Shown here piece after piece: positions 24,686 through 36,400 of a stretch of DNA of 64,000 nucleotides. This DNA comes from Macrostomum lignano. Lineage: Eukaryota. The stretch lies in NCBI GenBank assembly GCA_002269645.1, contig NIVC01002478.1:62001-126000 (forward strand), read 5' to 3'. Below the pieces are notes generated by a model that was given only the letters and a program-made list of their open reading frames with translations, was not told where the DNA came from and did not search any database. A program made the position numbers and the translations under genes. Within the stretch, counting starts at the first letter, position 1. The number at the start of each line of letters is the position of its first letter.

Positions 24686-26188
24686 ATGGTGAAATCCAGG
24701 AAAAGAAAGCAACAAACAGCAACCGGCAGCAGCAGTGATCTGGCGGACTCGGAGCAGCCTGCGGCAAAGCGCCTAGCTAAAGAGCAGCAGCAGGCGGATA
24801 GCAACAATAACGAGGACAGCAGCAACAGCAGCAGTAATTTGCCTAGCAACCAGACTGAAGCAGCAGCAGCTTCCGGCGATATCGAAGACGACACCTGTCC
24901 GATCTGCGTGTCCATCCTGACCAAACCGGTCCGACTGCCCTGCGGTCACGTGCTCTGCCTGGAATGCCTGCAGGCGTCCACAGCGAGCTGGTCGGCGCTG
25001 GTCTGCCCGATGTGCCGAAAACGCATCGGCGTCTGGCTTCGGCGCCGAGCCAAGGACCCGGAAGCTCTGGTCGACGCCAAGCTGTGGTCGGCTGTGCAAA
25101 ATCGGCACCCGGATTATTGTCGGGCCCGACTGGCCGGCATGTCCGCGCACGAGGCCGAGGCGTCCATAGCGGCTGCCGTCGGCCTGCGCCCGTCCGGCGT
25201 CGGAGACGGAGCCGGCGGCGGCGGCGGCAACGACATTGACGAAAATTGGGAAGTGGAGATGCTGCCACCGCCGCCAGCTCCGCCGCGCCAGATTGCGGCG
25301 CCGGGAGAGCTAAGAACTGAGTGGCGAGCCGCTTTAGACGAGCACGATCGCGAGCTGCTGGCCGAGCGGGTTGCGGAGGAGGCCGCCTCCGGCGCTCTCA
25401 TTCGTCGGCTGCAGTCGGAGGAGCGTCTGGCTAAGCGGCGCACTTGGCTGGACGATTTCCTTGCCAAAGGCGGTGTTGCTAGCGGTAATAGAGCTAGAAA
25501 CGGAGCTGACAATCAAAATTTAGCATTCAGTCAAGCCGGAAGTTTAACTGGAGCCCGAAATGGAACCGGAAGTACCAATAGTTCAAGCGGATTCAACGCT
25601 GGAACCGGAAGTGTAACCGGAACCGGAAGTATCAATAAAACCGGAAGTGTAACCGGAGCCGGAAGTATCAATAAAACCGAACTCCTAAGCGTCACAGTGA
25701 GCGAGGATGAACCGGAGGACGACAGGACACTGATGGAGAACCGAGCCGGAAGTCGCAGCCTAATAGAGACCGGAAGTTTCAGCGCCAACAAACTTTGGCC
25801 ACCGCAGCCGCGTAGTTCGCCTCAGCCGCAGTCCCGGCCGAAGCCGCAGCCGGCTCTAATCCGACGCAAAAGTTCGTCGGACGCGCCGTCGTCTAAACGA
25901 AGGTCGGCAACGACGCCGACGCCAGGCAGGAGTCGCCAAGCGGTTGCCGCGACGGCCTCCTCCAGCCAGCCGAAGCCAGCGTCCCCGTTCGCCATCGCAG
26001 CCGCTGTCGCTGCCGCTAAAAAGGCCGCCAGCGAAGCCGCTGCCGCCACCGCATTCAGCGAAGACTTGCCGATGGGCGCCGACTCCGACGTGAGTCAGGA
26101 AGAGGCCGATCGTCGTTTGGCTTTGCGACTTCAGCGTCAGTTCGATTTGGAGAGCGGAGTGTCTGCTGGTGGTCGGCTGGCTAATTAA
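24686..26188 (+). CDS. RNF168: RNF168-like RING E3 ubiquitin ligase, single exon, ~500 aa
   Basis: ATG at 24686 within one open ORF. The RING CPICVSILTKPVRLPCGHVLCLEC..CPMCRKRIGVWLRRR..LVDAKLWSAVQNRHP matches the RNF168 N-terminus. PGELRTEW..EEAASGALIRRLQSEE matches the LRM1/UMI/MIU1 module, and SQEEADRRLALRLQRQFD matches MIU2. Confidence 0.85.
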   Translation: MVKSRKRKQQTATGSSSDLADSEQPAAKRLAKEQQQADSNNNEDSSNSSSNLPSNQTEAAAASGDIEDDTCPICVSILTKPVRLPCGHVLCLECLQASTASWSALVCPMCRKRIGVWLRRRAKDPEALVDAKLWSAVQNRHPDYCRARLAGMSAHEAEASIAAAVGLRPSGVGDGAGGGGGNDIDENWEVEMLPPPPAPPRQIAAPGELRTEWRAALDEHDRELLAERVAEEAASGALIRRLQSEERLAKRRTWLDDFLAKGGVASGNRARNGADNQNLAFSQAGSLTGARNGTGSTNSSSGFNAGTGSVTGTGSINKTGSVTGAGSINKTELLSVTVSEDEPEDDRTLMENRAGSRSLIETGSFSANKLWPPQPRSSPQPQSRPKPQPALIRRKSSSDAPSSKRRSATTPTPGRSRQAVAATASSSQPKPASPFAIAAAVAAAKKAASEAAAATAFSEDLPMGADSDVSQEEADRRLALRLQRQFDLESGVSAGGRLAN

Positions 26189-26384
26189 TATTGGCCTCGG
26201 TTGGTTTTATATTCTGCTAAAGGCATTCAAGCCGTTCCTATTATGGTTATGAGTTGTAACATATAGCAAATTTAGAAGTGACGATTTTATTCATCTTGTG
26301 TTGCAATTTTTCCAGATAAATATTTCCTGGATTGGGAAGAAATTAATGACTTCGGATTTCTTCAAAGGGAACTAATCAGGTGGA

Positions 26385-26880
26385 GATTTCCTAGAAAGCG
26401 ATTCAATCTATTTCGGTTTCTTAGAAAGCGACTAAATATATTTGGATTCCTCGAGATGCGAATTTAGAAGCTGTGATTTCCTGGAAACCAAGTTAACGAG
26501 TTTGCATTTCTTAGAAAGCGATTGAATTTGTTGTGATTTTCTAGAAACCGTATGGACGAGTTGCCTTTCTTAGAGAGTGAGTGAATTGGTTTTGATTTCC
26601 TAGAAACCGTATAGACGAGTTGTATTTCTTAGAAAGCGATTGAATTTGTTGTGATTTCCTAGAAACCGTATGGACGAGTTGCCTTTCTTAGAAAGCGATT
26701 GAATTTGTTGTGATTTCCTAGAAACCGTATGGACGAGTTGTATTTCTTAGAAAGCGATTGAATTTGTTGTGATTTCCTAGAAACCGTATGGACGAGTTGC
26801 CTTTCTTAGAAAGCGATTGAATTTGTTGTGATTTCCTAGAAACCATATTGACGAGTTTGCATTCTTAGAAAGTCAATTGA
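26385..26880. repeat. 59-bp (30+29 dimeric) tandem repeat downstream of RNF168
   Basis: TAGAAAGCGATTGAATTTGTTGTGATTTCCTAGAAACCGTATGGACGAG.. recurs with period 59. Confidence 0.85.
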
Positions 26881-27499
26881 AATTATGCATTAATAATTCC
26901 TCAAAAGCCATCGAATATAATGACAATTTCCTAGACAGCAAACGAAGTTAGGTAGTTTTTTTCATCTTGGAAGTGTCAAATAGGGATCTCTTGTAGTGCA
27001 AATATATGCATTTTTAGTTTTTAAAAGTGCATTTGCGTGTTTTTGGAAAGCGCATTTAAGTTTTTTTCTGGATATCAATTTGGTTCAAAGTCCCGATCGG
27101 TGTATTTTTTGTACTATTATTTGTTCTCAACTACAGGTATAATACAAGTTTGTTATTTCGTAGTCTTTGTGTTGTCATTTACTTACAATACCAATATTTT
27201 GTACTGACAAAGCTACATTGCTCAGCTGCTCAGCTTCTGCTCAAAATCGGATCTATTTGATCTTTTTGTTTTTGAGTTCATTTTATTTATTCATTGCCCA
27301 CTTCTGCCCAGATCTCTCGCCAAGTTATTGTGCCTAAAATATGAGCTTTAATCTTTATATATTAACTAGTGACGCGATTCAATTCTATATACATTTACTA
27401 CTACATAATACTAACAGTAGTATAAAAACTGATAAACAGGCAGTCTGCCTGGCGAACCTAACCCGTGCAGAGCAAGAAGACAAGCTACATGTACTTTAG

Positions 27500-28891
27500 T
27501 CAGGACTGTCTTGTCCGATCACTATCGTTTGAATTGTTGTTAGCTGTAATACACTGTTTATGGCTAGGAGTTTTTGCTTCAGTAACTCCTTTATTTCTAC
27601 TGTTCTCACTGAGCGCGGCCGTTGCTGTGCTGTACAACTGTTTGACACTTTCGTTTGTTAGTCAGTTTTACTCGAGTAGATCCCCAGTTGCTGGGCCAGC
27701 CTCCCAGATCCCCAGTTGCTGGGCCAGCCTCCCAGATCCCCAGTTGCTGGGCCAGCCTCCCAGATCCCCAGTTGCTGAGCCAGCCTCTCAGATCCTCAGT
27801 TGCTGGGCCAGCCTCCCAGATCCTCAGTTGCTGGGCCAACCTCCCAGATCCTCAGTTGCTGGGCCAGCCTCCCAGATCCTCAGTTGCTGGGCCAGCCTCC
27901 CAGATCCTCAGTTGCTGGGCCAGCCTCCCAGATCCTCAGTTGCTGGGCCAGCCTCCCAGATCCTCAGTTGCTGGGCCAGCCTCCCAGATCCTCAGTTGCT
28001 GGGCCAGCCTCCCAGATCCTCAGTTGCTGGGCCAGCCTCCCAGATCCTCAGTTGCTGGGCCAGCCTCCCAGAGTGTCAGTTGCTGGGCCAGCCTCCCAGA
28101 GTGTCAGTTGCTGGGCCAGCCTCCCAGATCCTCAGTTGCTGGGCGAGCCTCCCAGATCCTCAGTTGCTAGGCCAGCCTCCCAGATCCTCAGTTGCTGGGC
28201 GAGCCTCCCAGATCCTCAGTTGCTGGGCCGCCTCCCAGATCCTCAGTTGCTGGGCCAGCCTCCCAGAGTGTCAGTTGCTGGGCCAGCCTCCCAGATCCTC
28301 AGTTGCTGGGCCAGCCTCCCAGATCCTCAGTTGCTGGGCCAGCCTCCCAGATCCTCAGTTGCTAGGCCAGCCTCCCAGATCCTCAGTTGCTGGTCCAGCC
28401 TCTCAGATCCTCAGTTGCTAGGCCAGCCTCCCAGATCCTCAGTTGCTAGGCCAGCCTCTCAGATCCTCAGTTGCTGGGCCAGCCTCCCAGATCCTCAGTT
28501 GCTAGGCCAGCCTCCCAGATCCTCAGTTGCTGCCACCGACACCCTTTCATTTCCTTAACCCTGGTGATTTTCGCACAAGCATGCCGAGTAATTTGATATG
28601 CATTGAATAGTTGCCAGCTAGCATAGAGGCTCATACTGCAACCGTTTAAGTAAACCAGTTTGTTGGGGCAGAAGCAGCTGTATTTTATCAGGTTGTAGGA
28701 GTTCGCTTGAAGCACCGGATGCTCGGCAACTACAATACATGTGGCCATGTAGGATTTACACTCGACTTCAAAACCGATTCAATAAGTAAACTAAAAAATG
28801 TTTTACAGTCTGGCTTCTTCTGTGAAGAACTCTCCAGATTTCTGCAACACAGCTGATCTGTCACGACTGCTCTAGTGCGCTCATTTAATTT
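27500..28891 (-). CDS. Candidate 3' part of an unrecognised gene; exons 28891-28807, 28729-28560, 27637-27500
   Basis: Three open, phase-compatible segments joined by GT-AG introns with weak donors (gtaaaa, gttaag). The middle exon is rich in C-ending codons. No homology was recognised and the 5' exons were not found. Confidence 0.3.
27675..28532 (+). repeat. 28-bp minisatellite CAGTTGCTGGGCCAGCCTCCCAGATCCT, locus A
   Basis: ~30 units; the same unit occurs inverted at 53950-54460. Confidence 0.95.
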
Positions 28892-28914
28892 CTAAAATAT
28901 TAGGATTGGAAGTT

Positions 28915-30200
28915 GCTGAGATTCTATGGCTCAGTGGAGAGTTGCTGAGATGCTATGACTCAATGGGGAGATTATGCGATGCTAATGGCTCAATGGGAAG
29001 ATGCTGAGATGCTATGGCTCAATGGGGAGTTGCTGAGATGCTATGGCTCAATGGGAAGATGCTGAGATGCTATGACTCAATGGGAAGATGCTGAGATGCT
29101 ATGGCCCAGTGGGGAGATTCTGGGATGCCAAGGCTCAATGGGGAGTTGCTGAGATGCTATGGCTCAATGGGAAGATGCTGAGATGCTATGGCCCAGTGGG
29201 GAGATTCTGGGATGCCAAGGCTCAATGGGGAGTTGCTGAGATGCTATGGCTCAATGGGGAGATGCTGAGATGCTATGGCTCAATGGGATGATGCTGAGAT
29301 GCTATGGCTCAATGGGAAGATGCTGAGATGCTATGGCCCAGTGGGGAGATTCTGGGATGCCAAGGCTCAATGGGGAGATGATGAGATGCTATGGCTCAAT
29401 GGGGAGATGCTGGGATGCTATGGCTCAATGGGGAGATGCTGAGATGCTATGGCCCAGTGGGGAGATTCTGGGATGCCAAGGCTCAATGGGGAGATGATGA
29501 GATGCTATGGCTCAATGGGGAGATGATGAGATCCTATGGCTCAATGGGAAGATGCTGGGATGCCAAGGCTCAATGGGGAGATGCTGGGATGCCAAGGCTC
29601 AATGGGGAGATGATGAGATGCCAAGGCTCAATGGAGAGATGATGAGATCCTATGGCTCAATGGGAAGATGCTGGAATGCCAAGGCTCAATGGGGAGATGA
29701 TGAGATGCTATGGCTCAATGGGGAGATGATGAGATGCTATGGCTCAATGGGGAGATGATGAGATGCTATGGCTCAATGGGGAGATGATAAGATGCCAAGG
29801 CTCAACGGGGAGATGATGAGATTCTATGGCTCAATGGGGAGATGCTGGGATGCTATGGCTCAATGAGGAGATGCTGAGATGCTATGGCTCAATGGGAAGA
29901 TGCTGAGATGCTATGGCCCAGTGGGGAGATTCTGGGATGCCAAGGCTCAATGGGGAGTTGCTGAGATGCTATGGCTCAATGGGGAGATGCTGAGATGCTA
30001 TGGCTCAATGGGGAGTTGCTGAGATGCTATGGCTCAATGGGGAGATGATGAGATGCTATGGCTCAATGAGGAGATGCTGGGATGCCAAGGCTCAATGGGG
30101 AGATGCTGGGATGCCAAGGCTCAATGGGGAGATGCTGGGATGCCAAGGCTCAATGGGGAGATGCTGGGATGCCAAGGCTCAATGGGGAGTTGGTGAGATG
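28915..30200. repeat. 29-bp minisatellite ATGCTGAGATGCTATGGCTCAATGGGGAG
   Basis: ~44 variant units. Confidence 0.95.
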
Positions 30201-30789
30201 CCAATTGGAGCTGTTGAGCTGTTTGAGGTACCAATGCCGAAAAGACTTCAATGCTGATATGTTAAGCCCCAGAACCTATGATACCAGGGCTACTGATTTT
30301 TGTCTTAAACAAATTTATCTTCAAGGAAATAAAATTTCACAAGCTTTCTATGATTTTTTCCTTATTATGCCTTCCCAAGCCCGCGGCACTAGATTGCCAG
30401 TTTGGTCTTAAAAGAGATGCATGTAAAATACTTAAAAGTTCGCTAAATTCAGTTCGAACGGTCATTGCTGGGTGGGACGTTTGGATCAGTTTGGCTACAC
30501 AACCGGAACAGCTCAGTTACTGTAGTAATATTCATATTTGATTTTTCTGTAAGTTCATACAAACTTCTTTTTAGTGCGCGCGCATCTGAGCCTCCAATTC
30601 TTGGCTGTTGTGATGTGCTTTAAAGGTCACCAGTACTATCTCTAGCTTTGATTATATTGCTAGTTAGAACATTTTTTTCAAAACCTGGTTGTCTGATCAA
30701 CAAGCAACCTTTAAATATTAATCTGTTTTAGTAGTTGCCTTTAGTGTCTTTCTTAGTGTCTGTCTTAGTGTCTATTTTGGTTTCTGCCA

Positions 30790-31420
30790 GTGGCGCCAGC
30801 ACCATGGGCGCCAGCACCAGGGACGCCAGCACCAGGGGCGCCAGCACCAGTGGCACCAGCACCAGGGGCGCCAGCACCAGGGGCGCCAGCACCAGGGACG
30901 CCAGCACCAGGGGCTTTAGCACCAGGGGCGCCAGCACCAGGGGCTTTAGCACCAGGGGCTTTAGCACCAGGGGCTTTAGCACCAGGGGCGCCAGCACCAG
31001 GGACGCCAGCACCAGGAGCGTCAGCACCAGGGGCGCCAGCACCAGGGACGCCAGCACCAGGGGCGCCAGCACCAGGGGCTTTAGCACCAGGGGCTTTAGC
31101 ACCAGGGGCTTTAGCACCAGGGGCTTTAGCACCAGGGACGCCAGCACCAGGGGCTTTAGCACCAGGGGCTTTAGCACCAGGGGCTTTAGCACCAGGGGCG
31201 CCAGCACCAGGGACGCCAGCACCAGGGGCGCCAGCACCAGGGGCGCCAGCACCAGGGGCGCCAGCACCAGGGGCTTTAGCACCAGGGGCTTTAGCACCAG
31301 GGGCGCCAGCACCAGGGACGCCAGCACCAGGGGCTTTAGCACCAGGGGCTTTAGCACCAGGGGCGCCAGCACCAGGGACGCCAGCACCAGGGACGCCAGC
31401 ACCAGGGGCGCCAACATCAG
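30790..31420. repeat. 15-bp minisatellite GCCAGCACCAGGGGC / TTTAGCACCAGGGGC
   Basis: ~42 units. Confidence 0.95.
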
Positions 31421-31969
31421 TAGCGCCAGATTGCTTCCCTTGATTTGAATTTGACTATAGAAAAAATCAGGCCAAACAATTGGAATAGTGATGCAATTTT
31501 CACACTTGCGCGAGTCAGAGCGTTCAAAATCAGTGATGCAAATTGGAATCAAGAAATTTTTATATCCATGAAGCTGGCCACGCCTTCACCACTGCTCTGC
31601 CCATCAGCATCAGATCATTAGCTTTGCTGGGTGCGGATGAGAATTTGAAGAGCGATTCCAGAAGCGACCAAGCCCGAGCACCGGTGTGCCAGGAATGAAA
31701 TTTTCTTGTCCGCCCCCGGCCTTCATCAGTAGCCGCGGTTCGTCTGCAAGAGTTGGGGGAAAGGAGGAGAGCCTGACAGTCTCTGGAGGGACTTCTTTTG
31801 ACATGATCAAAACACAGAGCAGAGCGCTGCTTCGCTCATCATATAATCAGATGAGTTTGGGAGATGAGTCTTTGATAGAAGCTACTTTGCTGGCCGACAG
31901 GACTGCCTAAACAAGTCGAAAGACAGTCGGCTGTCTCCCAGTCTGACAAAGCTTAATGTCCATATATAG

Positions 31970-32416
31970 CACAGATACTAGAGTAACTAGATGGGCCACC
32001 CAGCACATTTGCATGTAAGCTACTTTCAGTTCAGTAGTATGTTAAACAGAAGCATTTTAATGTACTTTTAAAGCCAAGGCTCATTTATTAGCTCTTTACC
32101 AGCCAGCTTAAACTCTTCAACCGCGCATCTCCACACGAACCCCCCGCCCCGCCCAATTTTTATTGCCTTTCTCGGAATTAAGCTAAAGCGGCCATGTACA
32201 TTTCAGTGGACTGGCTAATGTACATTATGGCTGAACCAATTAGCAAGCTGTTTACGTCTGCAAGCTTGGGCTTCTAAACTTATCAAAGTCATTTCAGCTG
32301 CCTTTATTCTTATAAAATAGCTTATGTATGCTTCTTTGCTACTGAACTGAAAGTAGAAAGCTGTTTTACTAAGTGTAAATGCCTGAATGGCCAATTTAGT
32401 TATTCTAGTATTTGTG
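31970..32416. mobile_element. 447-bp P-element-like MITE, copy 2
   Basis: Colinear with copy 1 and of the same length; flanks ATATATAG / ATATAATAG form an imperfect 8-bp TSD. Confidence 0.8.
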
Positions 32417-33440
32417 ATATAATAGCAAGAAATTAGAACCCAGCCTTAAGAAGTAAACTATTTTTACGATACAAATCCATTCAACTCGAGAGCAAAAGGC
32501 CACCTCTATTCCCCTTTATTTCTATTCGGATTGATGCCATCAAAAGCCAAATAAAGGCATCATTTTTTATTTGCGTGACCGATCGAATTTCGAACTCGTT
32601 CCTTTTAGTTTCATTAAAATTGATGCTCTAACAACTGCCTCTATTCCTATTGGGATCCTTCAAAGCAAAATAGCCTCAAGACAAAAGACAGGTTTGGCGA
32701 GAGCTGATGCCGAGAGAAAGGGAGAGAGATGCACTGCATTCCCCAGACTCCCTAGCTACCGCGTCCCAACGGACTGCTTCGCGATCCGCCCACGCGGCCC
32801 TCTCAACAGCCTGAGTGCTCAGGGATAGCTGGCAAAAATACTGAAATGAGGAAGGAAGACGGAAGAGAGGAACGGGGGCAGGGGGCGAATGCGACTGCGG
32901 ACCGAATGAAGCCGGGCGATGGAAATCGAAGAGGAAAGAGAAAGCCCGGCCCCTCAGCTACCCCACCACCCCTGCAGAGAGAGTAGATGTAGACGGCAGA
33001 GGGGATCTCAAGACTGGGTGTGGGGAGCAGAAATTCTGCGACAAATCGCGACGGGACACGGAGGCTCGGAGGGTGGGAAAAGGGAGGGGAGAGAGAAAAT
33101 GAAGACTGATTGGGATCTGAGACTGGCTATCCCTATCTAGCCATCCTGCCGCACCAGGCATCCTTCCATTTTTCTCAACACTCGCTTCATCTCCCAGCCA
33201 CCCCCCCCCCGGGCACCCGGCAACCCCAGCCGCCTCCCCCAGCTTGGTAGGCCACTCACTGGTCGAGCCGGGCCATAGCCAGTCCCAGCTGCTCAGATGG
33301 CGCCTGGCTTTGCCGATACAATCCCAGATTGCATTATTCCCAGGTTAAAAATAGTCCTGTGCTGCCACAAATCATTCCTTTCTCTTGACTACTTGGCTAC
33401 TGATCTGATAATTTGGACTCTCGTTCGACTGTCTGAAGTC

Positions 33441-36400
33441 ATGCAGGCCTGGGCTGTTGTTGTCGTGATTGCGCTGAGCCTTGCCGCAGTCCTGCTGGCC
33501 GCCTACCTGGCCATGCGGCTGCTGTGCCCGCAGCGGCTGGCCGAGCTGTGCGCCATCGGCGAAGAGAAACTGTCGCTGACAAAGCTGATGGACAGCAGGA
33601 CTAATTACTATGCCCCGGTGAGCAAAGCAAAACACTGTGTACTTTAACTAAAGCATGTCTTCTTCTTTTACCGTCTTTCTTCTTCAAGCTTATTCTAGAC
33701 ATTTGAGACAACTGAACGCAAATTCAGCACCCATAGCAACTATCGCTTCTTTCAAAGAGTAACCTGATATTTAAAGAGCATTACTCTGGGTGCATGCGCT
33801 GCTCATACTCGGGACCGGTGCTTGGAAGTTAATTAATTATGCCTGTCTGCTTTAATATTGGCTGGACTCTCTTCCAGTAGGAAGCTCGGTTGGCCACTTC
33901 TCAACTCAATGCAGTTGAGCATAGGATACGAAGAATCGGATCTGACAGGCACACACTCACTCACTCACACACACGGGGACGCACAGAGCAAGTTGCACTT
34001 TTTACCGTCACGCCAGTTCATTCTTTCAAGCATCAGCACGGCTCGCTGAAAATAGCCGCCCTTTGGCTTGCATGCAACGCTTCGGAACTCAACTGCCACT
34101 CCCCGCCCACGCCAATTTTGTAAAAAAAGAGAAACCTTTTCATCTTCGTTATTAAGCAGATCGGGTCCTATATTTAGCCTTCGGCACCTGACTTCCCATC
34201 CGAATATTTTCCTGCATCGAACAGTTCACCTTCCTTTGAGCATTAACGCGCCCTGACAGGTGCAAAAGCAGCTCGTCAGTCTTCAAAAAATTCCGGTTTT
34301 TTCTATTCCTTCTCCTCGGCTCACCTTCTTCCATCCTCAGCTTTGTCTGACTCAACCTGACTACTCAAACTTAATTAATCCTTGACGCACGGCACTCCCC
34401 TTCCAATTTCTCATTTTCCGTTAGGAGGATAAGCTCCGGTGTCTCAAGTCCAGGCGTCTCTAGAGACTCAGTCCTAGCAGTCCGTCGTGGCCCTCGGGCT
34501 CCAGCCCTAGCCCTAGGCGTGAAGGCCGAAAATCAGGGCTGGAGCAGATGTAGGCGACGCGAACAGGGAAGATATGGAAGTCTCTTTTAATCAGGAAATG
34601 GTCTCTTTCCGGCAGTTTTTTATTTTCTCTCTCCGCTCCATATTCTCGCGAGCCAGCACACCAGCTGGCCATCGGAGAAGCCGTTTCTAAGAATCTAGAC
34701 CCAGATAGTCAAGATAGGGATTCCCGAATCGAAGCCACATCACCACACTGAGTCTTGCGCGGCGTCTGGGATGATTTTTCCTATGTTTCCCTCGGATGGT
34801 GGGGAAAAAAGCAGACAGGCATAGATACATTTTTTGGTCTTCCAAACATTGCTTTTAGTGGCCCCCCGGCTGTCCCCAGGGTATAGATGGAGAGCTGTAT
34901 AGATCAGGATAGAGCAATGGACATCCTGCCCCAGTCCTCACATCTCCCCAGCACTATCTTATGCTGTCTGTTTTCCACTCAGGACTTGACCGCGCCATCT
35001 GTCTCTGTAGTTTTGTTCGAAATCAAAGGTAATTGTGTATTGAGGGTTCCTGTTGACTATTTCAAAAGTTTTCTCCGTGCTATTTCTATATCTTGTATAG
35101 TTTATATACTGATTGCCAGGTATGAATAGGGTGTGCACGGAGGGGGAGATTCTGTCTCCGGCGCTTGTTTGCCCTCAGCAAACACTCTACGAGCCATATG
35201 AGGCCGTGCATGGTTGCTGGGATTATTCCCCCCCCCCCAGCCCACTTGACTGAGACTCAGCTCTCCGCCCCAGGTCAATCTGGAAGTGCTCCACTTAGGA
35301 ATTGGTTTAGCTAGATGCAATATATTTAATAGCTTTATTATCACTGCATTTAGTAGAAGCTAAGTGTAATTTTGATAATGCTTCCAGCGCGATTATCGCG
35401 ATTTTGTTTCATCAAAATTTGCAGCAACACCCGGAGGCAGGCCAGGTGAACCGAGCCAGCTGCGAGTACAAGGACGAGCCTGGCGACAGCGGAGGCGATT
35501 CGGCCGCCAGGCACGGCCGGGCCAGTCCTGGTGACACCACCGGTGAGAGGCTCGAGGGTGGAGCTGTTTGTCTCTGGTTGGCTGGGTGGTGCTTATGACA
35601 TGTAGCATCTGCTCGCTAAGGATTAGAAAAAGTGGGTAAGGGGATAGAAAAACTGGGCAGTGTACAATGAGGAATAGGAAAACTGAGCAGTGTACAATGA
35701 GTGATAGGAAAACTGAGCAGTGTACAATGAGTAATAGGAAAACTGAGCAGTGTACAATGAGTGATAGGAAAACTGAGCAGTGTACAATGAGGGATAGGAA
35801 AACTGAGCAGTGTACAATGAGGGATAGGAAAACTGAGCAGTGTACAATGAGGGATAGGAAAACTGAGCAGTGTACAATGAGGGATAGGAAAACTGAGCAG
35901 TGTACACATGTACAATGAGTGATAGGAAAACTGAGCAGTGTACAATGAGGGATAGCAAAACTGAGCAGTGTACAATGAGGGATAGCAAAACTGAGCAGTG
36001 TACAATGAGGGATAGGAAAACTGAGCAGTGTACAATGAGGGATAGGAAAACTAGACAGTGTACTGTATACAGAATGTTGCAGGGCTGTTGAGTCGTCATC
36101 AAACAAAACTAAGCCGCCACCTGAGCAGGTTCCGAGTACGAGCCCGGACACAACCTGGTTCGGGCCGGGTCCGCCGAGTCGCTGGCCTCGGACACGTCCG
36201 TCATGGACCTGCAGCCGGACGTATCGCCTGTTGGCCAGGTCGAAGTCGGTCTGGAATACGACCGCGACGCCTCCGAGCTCGTGGTGTCGCTAATCCAGGC
36301 CAGGGACCTGCCCGGCGGCGTCGGCGGCGGCGAGTCAGAGCCACCGGATCTCTGCGCCGTCCTGTCGCTCCTGCCGGACGCCGCCGCCGGCAGCGGAGCG

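Noticed and set aside
30728-31552. Mucin- or collagen-like ORFs (APGAP / STRG repeats)
   Set aside because: A 15-bp array with no stops in several frames; no signal peptide or unique flanking coding sequence.
30200-31910. Additional exons between the 29-bp and 15-bp arrays
   Set aside because: Every frame examined hits stops or needs frameshifts, and no homology was recognised.
32570-35350. GC-rich blocks near SYT12 as LTR or LINE pieces
   Set aside because: They look repeat-like, but I found no diagnostic protein motif, TSD or second copy in this window.
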